Assembly (NCBI GenBank): GCA_002269645.1
Contig: NIVC01003234.1
Location: 45,621 to 109,620, forward strand
Source of the DNA: Macrostomum lignano
Taxonomy: Eukaryota
Length of the DNA stretch: 64,000 bases
Reading direction: 5' to 3'
The notes beneath the pieces were generated by a model. It was not told the origin of the DNA. It saw nothing but the letters and a program-made list of their open reading frames with translations, and ran no database searches. The translations under genes were made by a program, and so were the position numbers. Below are positions 51,345-62,800 of this stretch, in pieces (the stretch's first letter is position 1; each line of letters begins with the position of its first letter).

Positions 51345-52380
51345 TAGATCTGGGACCGGAATGGGTCTAGATCTGGCATCGGCAGAGGTCTAGATCTGGC
51401 ATCGGGAGAGGTCTAGATCTGGGACTGGGAGAAGTCTAGATCTAAGAAGTGGTAGATTTAGATTTAAAGAGAAGATAAACTTAGGTGTGAAAAGAAGGGT
51501 CTAGACATGATGGAAAGGAGATTTAGATCTGTGGCGCAGGGGGTTCTAGATCTAAGGTGGAGGGGGTTTAGATCTGTGGTGGAGGGGGTCTAGATCTGTG
51601 GTGGAGGGGGTCTAGATCTGTGGCGGGGGTCTAGATCTGTGGCGGAGGTGATCTAGATCTGTGGCGGAGGGGGTCTAGATCTGTGGCGGGGGGTCTAGAT
51701 CTGTGGCAGAGGGGGTCTAGATCTGTGGCAGAGGGGGTCTAGATCTGTGGCGGGGGTCTAGATCTGTGGTGAAGGGGGTCTAGATCTGTGGCGGGGGGTC
51801 TAGATCTGTGGTGGGGGGTCTAGATCTGTGGTGGAGGTGGTCTACGAGTAGATGTGTGGCGGAGGGGATCTAGATCTGTGGCGGGGGGTCTAGATCTGTG
51901 GCGGGGGTCTAGATCTGTGGCGGGGGTCTAGACCTGTGGTGGAGATGGTCTACGAGTAGATGTGTGGCGGAGGGGATCTAGATCTGTGGCGGGGGGTCTA
52001 GATCTGTGGCGGGGGGTCTAGACCTGTGGTGGAGATGGTCTACGAGTAGATGTGTGGCGGAGGGGATCTAGATCTGTGGCGGGGGTCTAGATCTGTGGCA
52101 GGGGTCTAGATCTGTGGCGGGGGGTCTAGATCTGTGGCAGGGGGTCTAGATCTGTGGCGGGGGGTCTAGATCTGTGGCGGGGGTCTAGATCTGTGGCGGG
52201 GGTCTAGATCTGTGGCGGAGGGGGCTAGATCTGTGGCGGGGGGTCTAGATCTGTGGCGGGGGTCTAGATCTGTGGCGGGGGTCTAGATCTGTGGCGGGGG
52301 GTCTACATCTGTGGCGGGGGGTCTAGATCTGTGGCGGGGGGTCTAGATCTGTGGCGGGGGGTCTAGATCTGTGGCGGAGG
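51345..52380. repeat. 19-21-bp G-rich minisatellite (TCTAGATCTGTGGCGGGGG)
   Basis: Tandem copies. Confidence 0.96.
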
Positions 52381-52447
52381 GGGCTAATTCGTGCTGGGGA
52401 GGCAAAAGTGCAGGCACTAGCAATCTCAGAAAGAGCATCTCGCTCAC

Positions 52448-52593
52448 GTCTTATCGTTGAGTTTGTGGCAGATGTTGAGGTCGTGAAAGAGGTGCAGGAA
52501 GGTGTCGGTGTGGCTCTCCGGCATCTCCAGGTCGGCGGTGAGGAATCGTTTCAGCTGGCTGATCTGCAGCTCGCCGCGCTGCGACAGGGTGGC
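52448..52593 (-). CDS. LRRK1: LRRK-like exon: COR-A (ATLSQRGELQISQLKRFL...FLHLFHDLNICHKL)
   Basis: cgccag acceptor, AC|GTGAGC donor; frame joins both neighbours. Confidence 0.88.
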
Positions 52594-52764
52594 CTGGCGG
52601 GGCGGGCAGCTCGGCAATGTACATTCGAATAAAAATATTTACAGATTCCAAGCTCAGCCACAGTACCGGTAATTTGGGGCTTGCGCATGAGATATTGCCC
52701 AGTGGGTGCCGCAGCCCCCTTGCGAACACCATTATCATTATTGCCAGGCAGACGGCTGACTCAC

Positions 52765-52892
52765 CGTGCTCTTGAACAGAACCACCGACTGCAGCACGAA
52801 GAGGAACCACTCCGCGTCTGGGCAGAACAGGGAGGGATTGAAGTCGCCGCGGATGTGCAGCAGCAGGCCCAGCTCGTGCATGAAGTCGATGG
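52765..52892 (-). CDS. LRRK1: LRRK-like exon: COR-A start (IDFMHELGLLLH...PDAEWFLFVL); most 5' exon visible
   Basis: Roco COR motif FLH.LG.LLH...P.W; atccgcag acceptor, ACG|GTGAGT donor. Confidence 0.9.
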
Positions 52893-53009
52893 CTGCGGAT
52901 GGTTTTGGGATTTGGATTATCAAAGTGATGCTTTAAAAGCCTGATTAAAATCGCAGAGAAAATACGAACTCTAAAGAATTCTATAATTCAAGTACCAAAT
53001 GCCAAGATT

Positions 53010-54091
53010 AACTCCTAAATCCCGAGATTGACTCTTAAATCCTAAGTTTAACTCCAAAATCCCGAGATTAACTCCCAAATCCCGAGATTAACTCCAAATC
53101 CCAAGATTAACTCCCAAATCCCGAGATTAACTCCCAAATCCCAAGATAACTCTTAAATCCCGAGATTGACTCTTAAATCCCGAGATTAACTCTTAAATCC
53201 CGAGATTAACTCCTAAATTCCGAGATTGACTCTTAAATCCTAAGTTTAACTCCAAAATCCCGAGATTAACTCCCAAATCCCGAGATTACCTCTTAAATCC
53301 CGAGATTAACTCTTAAATCCCGAGATTAACTCTTAAATCCCGAGATTGACTCTTAAATCCAAAGTTTAACTCCAAAATCCCGAGATTAACTCCCAAATCC
53401 CGAGATTAACTCTTAAATCCCGAGATTAACTCTTAAATCCCGAGATTAACTCTTAAATCCCGAGATTAACTCCCAAATCCCAAGATTAACTCCCAAATCC
53501 CGAGATTAACTCTTAAATCCCGAGATTAACTCTTAAATCCCGAGATTAACTCTTAAATCCCGAGATTGACTCTTAAATCCAAAGTTTAACTCCAAAATCC
53601 CGAGATTAACTCCCAAATCCCGAAATTAACTCTTAAATCCCGAGATTAACTCTTAAATCTCGAGATTAACTCTTAAATCCCGAGATTAACTCCTAAATTC
53701 CGAGATTAACTCCCAAATCCCAAGATTAACTTCCAAATCCCGAGATTAACTCCCAAATCCCAAGATAACTCTTAAATCCCGAGATTAACTCTTAAATCCC
53801 GAGATTAACTCTTAAATCCCGAGATTAACTCCCAAATCCCAAGATTAACTTCCAAATCCTAAGTTTAACTCCCAAATCCCGAGATTAACTTCAAAATCTC
53901 AAGATTAACTCCCAAATCCCGAGATTAACTCTGGACTACCAAAATTAAATCCCAAATCTCAAGATTAACTCCCAAATCCCGAGATTAACTCACAAATCCC
54001 GAGATTAACTTCTAAATCTCAAGATTAACTCCAGAATCCCAAGACTAACTCCCAAATCCTGAGATTAACTCCCAAATCTCAAGATTAACTC
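53010..54091. repeat. 20-bp minisatellite (CCCGAGATTAACTCTTAAAT)
   Basis: Tandem copies ending abruptly at the Helitron-like terminus. Confidence 0.97.
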
Positions 54092-54092
54092 G

Positions 54093-54370
54093 TCTATCTC
54101 TACATATAAAAATCAAAACTCTGTCTGTGTGTATGTGTGTCTGTGTACAAATTACTTCGCTATGGACTACCAAACCGCTCAACCAAATTACACCAAATTT
54201 TGCACCCACCCTAAATTCACTACAGAAAGTGTCATAGGCTACCTTAAAATTTCCTAAATTTGAGTCTTCCTACTTAAAAGTGCAAAAAAACTGCCCAAAA
54301 TGCGCGATTTTTTTACTAAATCCTCCATAGCGCCGCTCCACTGCTACCAATCCTCTTCAAATTTGACACA
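54093..54370 (+). mobile_element. Helitron-like (Lep1-type non-autonomous) 5' terminus; 3' end not located
   Basis: TC...TACATATAAAA, then a TGTC/TGTG microsatellite, AAACCGCTCAACCAAAT..CCAAATTTTG, and CATAGGCTAC at 54233-54242. This order matches animal non-autonomous Helitron 5' ends as I recall them; not database-verified. Confidence 0.6.
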
Positions 54371-55319
54371 ATTAATCTTGAACTATTTCGACACAATCGT
54401 GCACTTTTAAAGTTAGGCTGTTTTTTGTCAGCGAGGCAGCCACCCCAACCTCCGCCTGCCTCTCTTTCCCGAACTGGGCCTGGTGTGTAAAGGGGGTTAT
54501 AAAAATTGACTTAACTTTCGGCTGCCATAGGTTTGCTCTACGTGAAGCCATTGACTTGAAACTTGACTCAATTCTTCTTTGACTCATTCACTGTCTAAAT
54601 ATAAAGTCTCAACTCTGTAACTCAATCAGAACAGAAACTGTAAGCATGTGAAATTTGTCTGCTTTTTCTGTTGTTTGTGCCGCTCACTCACTCAATCCCC
54701 CAGCCCAGACAAAGGGTCAGGCTATAGGGCTCAGTGTACATAGCGAATGTACAGTGTTTTGGAATAACTTTTTAATAGCCTTCTCCGCACCCCCGCGTGT
54801 GGAGAGGCTACGTTTGGTCATGACAGTTTAGTGAGAGATTCAAACCACTGTCCTCTGTATAGACATTAGACAAGCGTGCAGCAGTTTATCAGTGGATGGA
54901 TGGCAATTGGCAAATCAACAAGGCGATGCGGCATGGTTTGTAAAAATAGCGAAAAATTAATGAATAACCGATTACATGCAATCCTACTAAATTAGTTACA
55001 CCATGAAAATTTTAACATTAAGATTCGCATAAGGTACTTTAAAATTTAAATGGCCTCCTAAGAAATGCGTATGTCCTTGGTTGTTAGACTGCTGCAGACT
55101 GTGGTGGTGGAGGAGAATGGAGATACACAAATTCCTCTCAGGGCTGCTAATTGGTCAGAAAGATGACGTGATTAAAGCATGAGAAATGATAACAACCGTG
55201 ATAGTACTACATCCCACAAACTAGCTTTCGAAGCAGGGATCGGCAGATTTTTATCTCAAAGGCCAGATAAAGAATCCAACTCATGGCTGCGGGCCAGATG
55301 AGAGTGAAAAGAAAAAGGA

Positions 55320-55810
55320 ATAGACTATTAGAAAGGGAGGAGGGGCGAGAGGGGGATAAGAGAAAGATAGAAGATAACAGCAGAGACGAGGGGGTTGAGG
55401 AGAGAGCAGAGAATATGGGACGAAGAAGCGAAAGGAGGGGAGAGAGAAGTGAGAGGAAATAGTAGAGGTGAGAAGATGGAGAGAGAAGAGGGGAGAGATG
55501 AGACAGATGATCGATGAGAGAGGAGAGTATAGAAGAGTGAGAAGAGATAAGAGTTGAGAGAACAGAGAGGCAGATGAGAGAGGATCGAGAGAAGAGATTA
55601 GAAAGGATAGAGAAGAGAGGAGATAAGAGGGGGAGAGAGGGAGAGAGAGGAGTGAGAAGAGAGGAGATAAGAGATTAGAGAGAGAGTTGAGAAAGAAGAG
55701 AGGAAAAAGGAGAGATGATAGAGTAAAGGGAAGAGGAGGAGAGAGGAAAGAGATGAGATTGTAGAGATGAGAGAGATGAAAGGAAAGATGAGAGAGTAGA
55801 GATGAGATAA
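55320..55810. repeat. Polypurine (GA-rich) low-complexity tract
   Basis: Almost exclusively G/A on the + strand. Confidence 0.9.
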
Positions 55811-56007
55811 CTACTAAGGGATTCCGTAAGTGTTGATTTTGGAGGTGAGGTGGGTGTCAACCCTCCTCGCCTCTCATTGGCTGGCGCCCCGATCACTAGG
55901 TGATCGATACCCGTATCGATATCGGCGCTCGGCGCGCGCGCGCGCGCCGCAGGCGCCAAGCGCCGCAGGCGACCCTCCCAGCCGCAGGCGCACCTACCGA
56001 TATTAGA

Positions 56008-56063
56008 TCCCAATAAATCAATCAGATCCCAAATCAATCAGATCCCAAATCAATCAGATCCCA
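56008..56063. repeat. 16-bp direct repeat (AATCAATCAGATCCCA), 3 copies
   Basis: Visible tandem copies. Confidence 0.9.
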
Positions 56064-56814
56064 AGCGCACCCACCCGAGCCGCAGGCGCCCATGCAGCAG
56101 GCGCCCCTCCCCGCCGCACGCGCCCTCCCCCGACATGTATGCCGCAGGCGCCCTCCCCGTCTCAGGCGCCCCTCCCGATATGTATGCGCACTCTCCCTAT
56201 ATGTACACCGATATGTATGCAGCAGGCGCCCCGAGTGTACACTCCCCCGATATGTGTGTACACCGATATGTAGTCATCGATACGGGCCTCTTTCCCTCTC
56301 TCACCTACATCTCAACTAGCGAAATCGAACCCAGGTCGCGCCCATACTAGGACACTACACGGTTGTGGGGTATAGGGAGCGAGAAGTTTCAACCCTAACG
56401 CTGACGCAGCCCTGTACAGTGAGAGTGTACGGGCAGAGAGGGGTGGCGCGGACAGAGAACCAGCCACTAGGTTGTTATACTGTTGAAGCATAGGGAGCGA
56501 GAAGTTTTAACCCCGATGCTGACGCAGCCCTGTACACTGAGCGTGTACGGGCAGAGGGTGGGTGGAAAGAGATGTGAATAACACAGCCTGCTGCAGGAGC
56601 CGGATAGAGAGGCGCATGCTAGGACAGAGAGGTAGTGTGAGTCACACACACACCCCACAGAGAAAGCCATACAGAGGATAGAGAGCTCCCTCCCCAGTTG
56701 CAGGGGACAGAGAGGCAGGCTGGGTATGCAGGGGCATGCGAACCGTCAAGGGGCCACGCGAGGATAGAGTGGAGGAGCAGAGATGTGTTTGGACAGAGAG
56801 CCAGCCACGTGTGC

Positions 56815-59800
56815 GTAGTGTGAGGGAACAGAAACATATGGAGCAGGAGGGAGATAGGAAGCAAACGCGCAGGGTAAGGGAGCCACACAGGGCGGTACAG
56901 TGAGACACGGGCAGGGGTGGAGCCGTGCGTGGACAGAGCTGAACGGCACGGTCAGCTGCAGGAATAGGATGATAGAGAGGCGCGGAGGGGGACAGAGAGC
57001 AGTGTGCAGGGGTAGGCAGCCACGCAGGCTGGGGAACAGAGAGGCGCGTGTCAGCCAGTTGCAGCCCGGGACAGAGAAGTATGAAGGGGGCCTGGGACAG
57101 AGTTCCGAGCAAGGCACAGAGGTAGGGTCCTGTAGCTATGTATAGGCAGGGAGCCACGCGAGGGCAGGACAGGGGAGCAGACATGCAAGTTGCATGCAAG
57201 GCCAGAGAGGTGTGCGCGGAGGGAGACAGAGAGCAGTGTGTAGGGGTAGGTAACAGCAAACTTTAGTAGCGGCGCGTGCGGGGACGGAGAAACCAGTCAG
57301 AGCATACAGAGACGTTACAGAGAGGTACACAAGCAGAGACCAAAGCGAGCAGAGCACATGTGTAGGGACAGAGACGTGAGGGAGAATCGACCAAAACACG
57401 CTATGTATTTTCAAAAGTTGGTTTTAGTGCAACATGTTTAATAGTGGGTAGTATAATAGTATGTACATAGTAGGTATAATAGTAGTAATAATAGTAAGCA
57501 TATTAGCCCAAAAGGTAGACTAAAACAGGCTAAACTGTGTGTACGCATCCTCATCACCCCACAAGCCCCCTCTCCCGCCAGACTCACTCTACCAAACCCT
57601 CCTGTATTGCTGCATGAAGGAAAATATAGTGTAAAAATACAGATCTTAACCGTCAGACCGCTGAAATCAGGGCACACTAGAGGGGGTTTCGGGGTCTGCA
57701 TGCTCTATGTAAGCTGCTTGAGGAGGTTCCAAGGGCGTTGTGAGGGTTTCCATTATGTTTTGAAAAAAACTAGGGCTTAAATACAACGTTTTATTCAAAA
57801 GTAGGTTATTTTAATGAAATAGCTGACACAATCATTGTCGAGAGTAGAAATTTTTATAAGAAACCAGGCATTTTAGCAAAAATAAACCTTCAAACCACAT
57901 AAAATTGAATAAAAAGCAGACATTTTCAATTATAAACCGCAAGTATTTTAATAGAAAAGTAAGCAAACAAGGCACAAAACCAGCAAATTTTACCTTTTTA
58001 TTTTAATGTTACTGATAAGGTAGAGAGTAGAAACTTGTGAGCTGTACGGAGTTAGAAAGTATTAACCATTATGTATCGTATGAATTATTAGTTCAGTACC
58101 AGCCATTGGTCAAGCGAGCATTTATGAAGTTATTACGAGTGATGAAGGGATAGAGAGCTATATACAGGAAGACAGTATCCTTCTAAACCACCACGAACAG
58201 ATTGCTAATAGAGATAAGCTTTGTCTGTGTGCAGTATGAGTAAGCGAAGGCGGGGCAAATACTTTTCCACATGCCGGACAGAACAGTATTGTGCTAGGAT
58301 TTCTCTCGAAATCGCGGTACGTTACTAGTTTTTATCACACCATCCAGATGCGTCAACTAGTCAGCAGTAGTCATTTATATGTTATTAGAACTTACAAACC
58401 CAGGTCAAGTAAATATTACAAAGAGTATATTACGTACACACGCCAACTCCGAATACCAAGCCATACTAGTCTACTTGCAGTGCTCCTGGAGGGAAGGGAC
58501 GGCGGGGTGTACATCCGGCAGGGTGGGCGTCCAGCGAGTGTACATCTGACAGGATGGGTGTTCAGCAAGTGTACATCTGACAGGGTGGGCGTTCAGCAAG
58601 TGTACCTTCAGCGTCGAGTAGGTGTACACCCGTCAGTGGGAACTCAGCCCCTCCCACCAATGTCGTGTGCATGCGGTTAGTCAGTATAGTGGTGGGGTAG
58701 ACGGTGCAGGAAGGAAACCCAGATGCTGACGCTGCCCTGTACAGCGAGCAACCAGCCCTCCTGTAGCAGGAGGGGGACAGAGAGTGCGTGGAGGCAGTAG
58801 GAGATAGAGGACGCTACCCGGCATGTCGCAGCACGCGGCGCGGGACAGAGAGGCAGTGTGTAAGTCACCCCCGCGAGGGACAGAGAGCTACCCTGGCAGG
58901 AGGCGCGGGACAGAGAGGCGGTGAATCACACCCCACGGAGAGAGCCGTACAACGAGCTTCCCCACCCGAGTCCGGTAAATATTACAGAGTATTACGTGCA
59001 CACGCCAGCCCTGAATACCAAGCCATACTAGTCTACCTGCAGTGCTCCCAGAGGGAAGGGATGGTCAGGAGTTACACACCAAGAATGCATTCATACAAAG
59101 AGTACACAACTCGAGCCAGACACCAAGTCACAGTCTACTTACAGTAGAGATGGTAGATTAATAGCAAGATTATATTACAATTAGACCTCCCTAGCACATG
59201 AGGAGTGAAATTCAATAATAATTGAATTCAATAATAATACAACATTTAGACGTAGTAATTTAATTACAAAATACCACTAACACTGAGCCAACGAATTGTA
59301 GGTTACAAAGGAGTTGTCACTCATATGGAAAGTCAGTATAATGCAGGTGTATATTATTAAAACATAGACAAAAACGATGCAGACGTATATACACACTATT
59401 GATTTTGTACATGTACATTTCGGCATATTACCACACATCGCAGGCACATATTATATATCGGGGGATAGGTTAAAATACACACATCGTAGATGTAGAAGCA
59501 GACACAATGCAGGAAAATTATGATACGAGTGTACATATTAGTGCGTAAAAGTATCATATTATGACACCCTGTAGCACATATTGACATAATGCAGGGGAAA
59601 ATATTGACAGAAATAGTACACAATTGTAGAGGTAACAACCCGCCAACTAGTAAGGACATCCAGCACTTGTTCAGGTTTTTATTATTTCGAGACGAGTGTC
59701 ATGCCCCCCCGCAAGAGATCTTATCAGAAATTTGTTGAACTCCACTGCAACTCTCCCCAGAGCCTCCAAATGTGAGTTTTTAACCCAGGGTCGAGTACAA

Positions 59801-62800
59801 AGGACCCGCCCACTCTTAACCCCAAGGGGTGATCGTAGCGGAGACCAAGTACAGTGCGGACGGAGAGGGGTAACAGAAAGCGCTGCATCAGACCGCAGGG
59901 CTGCATTCCTCCCCCGAGGTAGGCGCGTCAGCTCCCACTCCTCATTTAACCATCAAGTAAACTAAAGAAGTCAAGCAGAAAGCCTTACAATCACCCGCAA
60001 CCAGCACAAGTAAGAGTACTTTCCACTAGAGAGCCATAGTGCAAGATTCGCGAGCCAAGTTGAAGAAGCACACCAAATTACACTAAAGACATATGTATTA
60101 AAAAGCATACAGGCACCTCTACAAAAACACAGTATGTACCGATTAAAGTTGCTTTTGGTGCAGTGTATTTAATAAAAAGCAGGTACCTAACACAAAAGTA
60201 GGCATCAATGCAGTGCACGGGCTAAACTGTATTTACAAACGCAGGGCAACGAACTACACACAATGTAGCGCATAGACATAATTGTACGCATAAATGTACG
60301 CAATTTCCGGTATATAGGACCAAATGTACACAATGTACACAAACACACACACACACACACACACTCAGGCGCATCCTGCAGCGCATCCTGCAGCACCGAT
60401 CGCCGCAGGCGATGGCGCCATCGGCAGGAAGCTCTTGCTGTGAATACGCCTGAGTGTGTGTGTGTGTGTGTGTGTTTGTGTACATTGTGTACATTTGGTC
60501 CTATATACCGGAAATTGCGTACATTTATGCGTACAATTATGTCTATGCGCTACATTGTGTGTAGTTCGTTGCCCTGCGTTTGTAAATACAGTTTAGCCCG
60601 TGCACTGCATTGATGCCTACTTTTGTGTTAGGTACCAGCTTTTTATTAAATACACTGCACCAAAAGCAACTTTAATCGGTACATACTGTGTTTTTGTAGA
60701 GGTGCCGGTATGCTTTTTAATACATATGTCTTTAGTGTAATTTGGTGTGCTTCTTCAACTTGGCTCGCGAATCTTGCACTATGGCTCTCTAGTGGAAAGT
60801 ACTCTTACTTGTGCTGGTTGCGGGTGATTGTAAGGCTTTCTGCTTGACTTCTTTAGTTTACTTGATGGTTAAATGAGGAGTGGGAGCTGACGCGCCTACC
60901 TCGGGGGAGGAATGCAGCCCTGCGGTCTGATGCAGCGCTTTCTGTTACCCCTCTCCGTCCGCACTGTACTTGGTCTCCGCTACGATCACCCCTTGGGGTT
61001 AAGAGTGGGCGGGTCCTTTGTACTCGACCCTGGGTTAAAAACTCACATTTGGAGGCTCTGGGGAGAGTTGCAGTGGAGTTCAACAAATTTCTGATAAGAT
61101 CTCTTGCGGGGGGCATGACACTCGTCTCGAAATAATAAAAACCTGAACAAGTGCTGGATGTCCTTACTAGTTGGCGGGTTGTTACCTCTACAATTGTGTA
61201 CTATTTCTGTCAATATTTTCCCCTGCATTATGTCAATATGTGCTACAGGGTGTCATAATATGATACTTTTACGCACTAATATGTACACTCGTATCATAAT
61301 TTTCCTGCATTGTGTCTGCTTCTACATCTACGATGTGTGTATTTTAACCTATCCCCCGATATATAATATGTGCCTGCGATGTGTGGTAATATGCCGAAAT
61401 GTACATGTACAAAATCAATAGTGTGTATATACGTCTGCATCGTTTTTGTCTATGTTTTAATAATATACACCTGCATTATACTGACTTTCCATATGAGTGA
61501 CAACTCCTTTGTAACCTACAATTCGTTGGCTCAGTGTTAGTGGTATTTTGTAATTAAATTACTACGTCTAAATGTTGTATTATTATTGAATTCAATTATT
61601 ATTGAATTTCACTCCTCATGTGCTAGGGAGGTCTAATTGTAATATAATCTTGCTATTAATCTACCATCTCTACTGTAAGTAGACTGTGACTTGGTGTCTG
61701 GCTCGAGTTGTGTACTCTTTGTATGAATGCATTCTTGTGTGTAACTCCTGACCATCCCTTCCCTCTGGGAGCACTGCAGGTAGACTAGTATGGCTTGGTA
61801 TTCAGGGCTGGCGTGTGCACGTAATACTCTGTAATATTTACCGGACTCGGGTGGGGAAGCTCGTTGTACGGCTCTCTCCGTGGGGTGTGATTCACCGCCT
61901 CTCTGTCCCGCGCCTCCTGCCAGGGTAGCTCTCTGTCCTCCGCGGGGGTGACTTACACACTGCCTCTCTGTCCCGCGCCGCGTGCTGCGACATGCCGGGT
62001 AGCGTCCTCTATCTCCTACTGCCTCCACGCACTCTCTGTCCCCCTCCTGCTACAGGAGGGCTGGTTGCTCGCTGTACAGGGCAGCGTCAGCATCTGGGTT
62101 TCCTTCCTGCACCGTCTACCCCACCACTATACTGACTAACCGCATGCACACGACATTGGTGGGAGGGGCTGAGTTCCCACTGACGGGTGTACACCTACTC
62201 GACGCTGAAGGTACACTTGCTGAACGCCCACCCTGTCAGATGTACACTTGCTGAACACCCATCCTGTCAGATGTACACTCGCTGGACGCCCACCCTGCCG
62301 GATGTACACCCCGCCGTCCCTTCCCTCCAGGAGCACTGCAAGTAGACTAGTATGGCTTGGTATTCGGAGTTGGCGTGTGTACGTAATATACTCTTTGTAA
62401 TATTTACTTGACCTGGGTTTGTAAGTTCTAATAACATATAAATGACTACTGCTGACTAGTTGACGCATCTGGATGGTGTGATAAAAACTAGTAACGTACG
62501 CGCGATTTCGAGAGAAATCCTAGCACAATACTGTTCTGTCCGGCATGTGGAAAAGTATTTGCCCCGCCTTCGCTTACTCATACTGCACACAGACAAAGCT
62601 TATCTCTATTAGCAATCTGTTCGTGGTGGTTTAGAAGGATACTGTCTTCCTGTATATAGCTCTCTATCCCTTCATCACTCGTAATAACTTCATAAATGCT
62701 CGCTTGACCAATGGCTGGTACTGAACTAATAATTCATACGATACATAATGGTTAATACTTTCTAACTCCGTACAGCTCACAAGTTTCTACTCTCTACCTT

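Noticed and set aside
59377-59523. 48-aa ORF containing FVHVHFGI, an HUH-like motif, in the palindrome arm
   Set aside because: It is too short, bounded by stops, and has no convincing motif 1/3 or helicase; it is probably chance.
60372-60446. Spacer as a missed sequencing adapter
   Set aside because: It does not match the SMRTbell hairpin (ATCTCTCTC...GAGAGAGAT) and shares motifs with 55946-56230. Other chimera types remain possible.
61091-61132. Hammerhead-like CTGATAA...GAAA in the arm
   Set aside because: The core mismatches CUGANGA and stem II pairs only 2 bp.
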